NCBI GenBank assembly: GCA_001179505.1
Contig: CDMY01000907.1
Span: 1-11,546 of the forward strand
Direction: 5' to 3'
Length of the DNA: 11,546 bases
Source: Vitrella brassicaformis CCMP3155
Lineage: Eukaryota; Protista; Chromerida
Shown here: piece by piece, positions 7,659 to 11,546 of the stretch
Layout: every line of letters starts with the position of its first letter
Position numbering within the stretch: the first letter of the stretch is position 1
The notes under the pieces: generated by a model
The model's input: the letters and a program-made list of their open reading frames with translations, nothing else
Database searches by the model: none
Told to the model about the DNA's origin: nothing
Translations under genes and position numbers: made by a program

Positions 7659-9463
7659 TCAGCTGATCTGTCCGGCGAGCTCTCTGTCGTTTGTGGTGCG
7701 TCTGGCCAGTCGGGCCTTGGACAACTGAGTCTGTGTGGGGTAGCCCTGGCGGCCGGGTGCTGCGATGCCCACTCGCCTGTCCTCCGACTTGCGTGGCGGC
7801 AGTGTCGGCTGGGGGCCGCCCACATAGACACCGAACGCGAAACCGTCTGCACTCTCACACCGCACGCAGACGTGTCTCTATCTGTCTGTGTACGTCTGTG
7901 TCTGTGAGCTGACCGTGCGGTATCTGCGATGGCGTCCCCGAGCACAGCCACGCGTAGGCGCGGAAACCCTCAGCAGACAGCAGACCACCGTCGCTCCTGC
8001 AGCAGTGGAACCACCCACCCACCCACACACACAGGCAGACGGCTTTCCTGTCAGTCGATCTCTCTCTTAGTTTGGTGACCATGTGAAGTGGGTGCAGTTG
8101 GGCTGTGAACGGCATGCCTCAGCCGCCTCGTGCGGCCGCTTCACGTCATCCTGACAACATACACACACACACACGCACATACACACGAGAGCAGCTGGAC
8201 ACATGCATGCAGCGGCTGACCATGTGTTTGATGGTGTTTGCGGCCGAGCATATGCCGGCGTTGTTTGGGTAGATGGCGAAGCTCGACTCACTCATCTCGC
8301 GGGGCTTCACGCACACCACCGCATCCATGTGCTTCTCGCTCCCAGTCCACGAATCATCTGCACCGACGACATTCCCACTCTCCCTGTCTGTGTGTCTCTG
8401 TGGCCTGTCCGCATCGACCCACCGGAACAATAGACGGCTCGGGCTGTGTTAGGGTCAAAGGTGAAGAATGCGCACTTGGGGTCGGAATCGCATTCTGCCG
8501 TCGCCTCGCCAATTGTGAACGTCTGTCTTTTCCAACACACATACCCACACGAAGTTACAGCTGACTGGATGGCCTCTCTGGCCTGTCCAGGCTGCGCACC
8601 GTGTTGCTGGTTGAGAGGACGTTCTTGCATGGGGCGGTGTGCGTGGGTAGATACTAACACAACCAATGGATGCACACAAAGACGTGTGTCTTTCCAGCTC
8701 GCTCCTGCACTCACTCACCAAGTAGATTGGATGCACACCCTCGCGAAACGTCCCTGTCGCACGATCTGCAGACACCGTGCGCATTCCCGTCCGTCCATCC
8801 GGCCATCGATGTGTGTGTGTGTGTGTGCGTGTGTGTGGTCACCGTAGAGAGGCCTCGGTTCGGTGATTTGTGTGCATTCGTAGTCGACGGCGAGAGCCTT
8901 CTGCGTGTCTGGGCAGGGGTCGTGGCCCTTTCCAAACGTGGACACTGACGCCAGCACCTTCACACAACACATAACACAGGACAACAAATGCATATGCTGT
9001 GTCTCACTGCGAGGCCTTCTTGATCGACGCACTTTGCATTTCTCTCTGCCGGCGCATAGGCGTTTGACAGTGTAAGTGGACTGCGGGTGGTGGCAGGCGC
9101 CCTGCTTGAATGCGCTGCCCTCGCCGATCGGGGTGCCGAAGGATGCCCGCTTGACTGTGATGGTTTGGCCGGCCGGGCAGTGGATGGGCAGCAAATGCTC
9201 CTCCATCACCTTGACGGCAGGAGCCTCGGAGGGCATCCAGTGGTCGTGGCCAGCGAAGTAACCCGGAAAGCTGCACACAATTCACACAAGGCACACACGA
9301 AGGGGTCAGCTCTTTGTGTGTCTCTCTGTCCCTCTAATCTGTGCGTCTACCCATAGTAGAAGATCTCGTCCGGCGGGTTCTCTCCCTCCTCGCCAAACAA
9401 CAGAGACGTCTGCGACTTGGCCGAGGCAACGAACAATGCCAGCACAACGATCACCACCTTCAT
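7659..9463 (-). CDS. Secreted SUEL-type (Gal_lectin) domain protein with two PAN/apple-like Cys repeats (381 aa, 10 exons)
   Basis: Exons 9463-9351, 9270-9033, 8957-8843, 8765-8719, 8653-8600, 8522-8423, 8357-8221, 8150-8080, 7996-7914 and 7846-7659 sum to 1146 nt with consistent phases and 65-83 nt GT-AG introns. Signal MKVVIVVLALFVASAKS. SUEL domain: IHCPAGQTITVKRASFGTPIGEGSAFKQGACHHPQS..LCAGREKCKV..FGKGHDPCPDTQKALAVDYEC. Repeats: EATAECDSDPKCAFFTFDP..AVYCS and EAAEACRSQPNCTHFTWSD..AWLCS. Confidence 0.85.
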
Positions 9464-9689
9464 TGCTGCTCGTGCTCAGTTTGCTTGGTCGATTGCTTCT
9501 CTATGTGTTCGTTTGAAGTGCGTGTAGTATACTTATATCGGTCAATCACTCAGATCGAACATTGATCTAAACTCTACAAACTCGACATACATATATGACT
9601 CAAGCAGAGCAGACGGACGGCCACACAAAAACCATTTCTACAACTGGCCGTCCATCACGCACGTCGCATCACTCGTTGTCGGTGCTGCT

Positions 9690-10447
9690 TCACTTGAACA
9701 GGCGGAAGAATCTGTCATTGCTGCTCGTCCCATCACCGTTTGTCGGCTTCCACCTGCGGAGCGGAGAGACAGAGAGGAAATTGAATGCACAGCGAGACGG
9801 CGAAAGGTGTCCATCGGTCATACCTGCGAAGGAACGTTTCGAAGTTCTCCTCGCCACCCGGAGCACGCATCATCCCGACCGCATTCTCTGCAATGCCATG
9901 CCATCCATTTTCACTCCTACTGCCATCCATTTTCACTCATTCACTCCTTCATTCATTCGGTCTATCCTGTGTACTATGCCGTGCCTTGCCGTGTCGTGTC
10001 ATGTCCTTACTGTGAATGATTGTGTCGTCGGGCGCCACCACGACCACTGTTGGCAGCACATTGATGCCGTACTTTTTGATCAGATACCTGATCAAAACGC
10101 AAAAGCACACCATGTGAGATGGACACGCCATCCCTGGAAGACCACAGATACCCATAGTTCTCCAGAGGCAATGTCGGCCTGTACACACATGACAGACGAG
10201 GAATGCAGCCGGCCGGCTGACCATCGTGACACCTGGCCTACCAAGGCATGCTGGATGCGAATCGTTGGAAGGTCTCAGGGTCGCGATCGCACGGCACGTA
10301 GACGACCTCGAAGATCTTCTTGGGCTGCAGGATGCGGTACACTTTGAGGAGGAAGGGCAGGAAGCCTTTGCAGTAGATGCACCACTCGGCGGCAAAGAAC
10401 AAGCCCACATGCTGCAGCCATGGTCACACACGACACACACACACACG

Positions 10448-10488
<41 letters not shown>

Positions 10489-10896
10489 GTGCACACGTCC
10501 GAGCTGCTGTGCCAATCACCCCTTGCCCCTGATACGCACCTTTCCGTTGAGTGTGTCGGTTGCGAGTGCAGATGGCTTGCCAGTGCCGGGATCAAACTTC
10601 AGCAACAAGCCAGGCTGATGCACACAGCAACCAATGAAATTCATCCATCCATCGCATCCATTACCACGGCCGTCTTTGTATTTCTCTTCACCTCTGTCTG
10701 ATCCGCTGGTTTCTCCTGATTGCGGGACACACGAGTGCCCCACCAACTGCTGCGGGAGAGCCCGTCACTGCCGCTGGTTGCGGTGTCACCCCACCGGAAC
10801 GTCATGAGGTGCCAGTCACTCACTTCAAAAACTCCAGAGCACCTTTCCTCACAGATCCTTCATGTTGCAGCGGTCCTCTCTGTTTCCAGACGACAT
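9690..10896 (-). CDS. Plrx: Plasmoredoxin-like thioredoxin-fold oxidoreductase (tryparedoxin/nucleoredoxin class), WCIYC active site, ~192 aa
   Basis: Exons 10896-10853 (first exon/start uncertain; an alternative gtgagt donor lies at 10823), 10749-10692, 10614-10540, 10411-10242, 10178-10152, 10087-10011, 9887-9824 and 9753-9690. Core: NGKHVGLFFAAEWCIYCKGFLPFLLKVYRILQPKKIFEVVYVPCDRDPETFQRFASSMPWPTLPLENYGYLIKKYGINVLPTVVVVAPDDTIIHKNAVGMM..SNDRFFRLFK*. The redoxin family call is strong. The Plrx orthology rests on my recollection of the P. falciparum Plrx sequence. Confidence 0.85.
10433..10488. repeat. Compound microsatellite: (AC)n interrupted by one GC, followed by (AG)12, inside a redoxin intron
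   Basis: Seen directly; lies in intron 10412-10539. Confidence 0.95.
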
Positions 10897-11112
10897 TCCG
10901 TGAAACCGCTCTCTCAGCCACTGAAAGCTCGCATTTGAAACAGAAAGAAGGCTATGTGTCAGGATTGCCAGCTTGGCAAGAACGAACCACTGCGAGCTTG
11001 TGAGCTAGGGTATATTGCTGTGTAACGGGTGGAGAGAGGAGAAGACAAGGAAAGACAAGGAAAGCATTCTGAGGAGACACGATCTTAACAGTCATCACCG
11101 AAGTGAGATCTG

Positions 11113-11546
11113 TGTTGACCACCCTTCATGATGCCATACATGGACAGAAACAACTTTGACTGATTGGCCAGTCCATCGGTCTTATTAAAGTAAAAGCACT
11201 CTTACTCTGGGACTTACCGCCCAACAGATCCTCTATTCAGCTAACTACAGGAAAGGTCCTCACCGGCTTTTTCCGCACATGGGCGCAGCAACTTGGTTCT
11301 TGCTTATCTGAGCCGAAGTCTTCGCCAGCTAACTGACAGATCCTAACAGGTCTATCAGTGTCTTGCGCAGTATCAGCAGCAGTCAACTACTAGCAGTACT
11401 TGAAGAAAGACAACAACAACATCAACAAAGCAGACAGCAGAGATGACACTCAATCTCGAGACAAAGGCCACCTTCCCCGTCTTTACCGGCAGGAGTGGCG
11501 AGAACGACATCAAGTGGCGCGAATGGGACTTTACTCTCAGAGCCTA
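11113..11546 (+). mobile_element. Probable 5' end of a Ty1/copia-like LTR retrotransposon (candidate LTR 11113-11348), truncated by the window edge
   Basis: TGTTGA at 11113 and CTAACA ending at 11348 give TGTT..AACA termini around a 236-bp segment. The segment has an ATTAAA signal and a composition unlike the microsatellite-rich host DNA, and a Gag-like ORF follows. No convincing PBS; the second LTR and TSD are outside the window. Confidence 0.5.
11443..11546 (+). CDS. N-terminus of a putative copia-type Gag/polyprotein (partial, runs off the window)
   Basis: MTLNLETKATFPVFTGRSGENDIKWREWDFTLRA resembles the P.F.G..N...W...M.A.L start of copia Gag proteins; it is intron-free and lies 95 bp after the candidate LTR end. 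Confidence 0.5.
   Translation, partial: MTLNLETKATFPVFTGRSGENDIKWREWDFTLRA

Noticed and set aside
9595-10347. 250-aa plus-strand ORF, plus ORFs 10226-10618 and 10420-10701
   Set aside because: Antisense to the redoxin gene and read through intronic microsatellites.
11041-11064. Short tandem repeat (aagacaagga x2) and a second TAACA at 11084-11088 as an alternative LTR end
   Set aside because: No matching TGT start or downstream Gag-like ORF; treated as ordinary promoter sequence.

Overview
Intron-rich eukaryotic DNA with mostly 56-128 nt GT-AG introns and GT/CA/GGAT microsatellite tracts. The style and gene content suggest a chromerid alveolate such as Vitrella (inference). Manual splicing gives four genes and one truncated element. 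(1) A 3-exon, ~104-aa secreted peptide precursor on - (2683-3122). (2) Only 65 bp away and head-to-head, a 12-exon, ~1111-aa secreted bacterial-type S8/S53-like serine protease on + (3188-7298). It has Glu where subtilisins have the catalytic His, a degenerate RTX-like tail, and a 1-nt frameshift in the prodomain. (3) A 10-exon, 381-aa secreted protein with a SUEL lectin domain and two PAN/apple-like repeats on - (7659-9463). (4) An 8-exon, ~192-aa plasmoredoxin-like WCIYC redoxin on - (9690-10896). (5) The probable 5' end of a Ty1/copia-like LTR retrotransposon (11113 to window end). I could not support any gene in 1-2600. All gene models are hand-derived from splice signals and frame continuity, not from transcripts or database searches.
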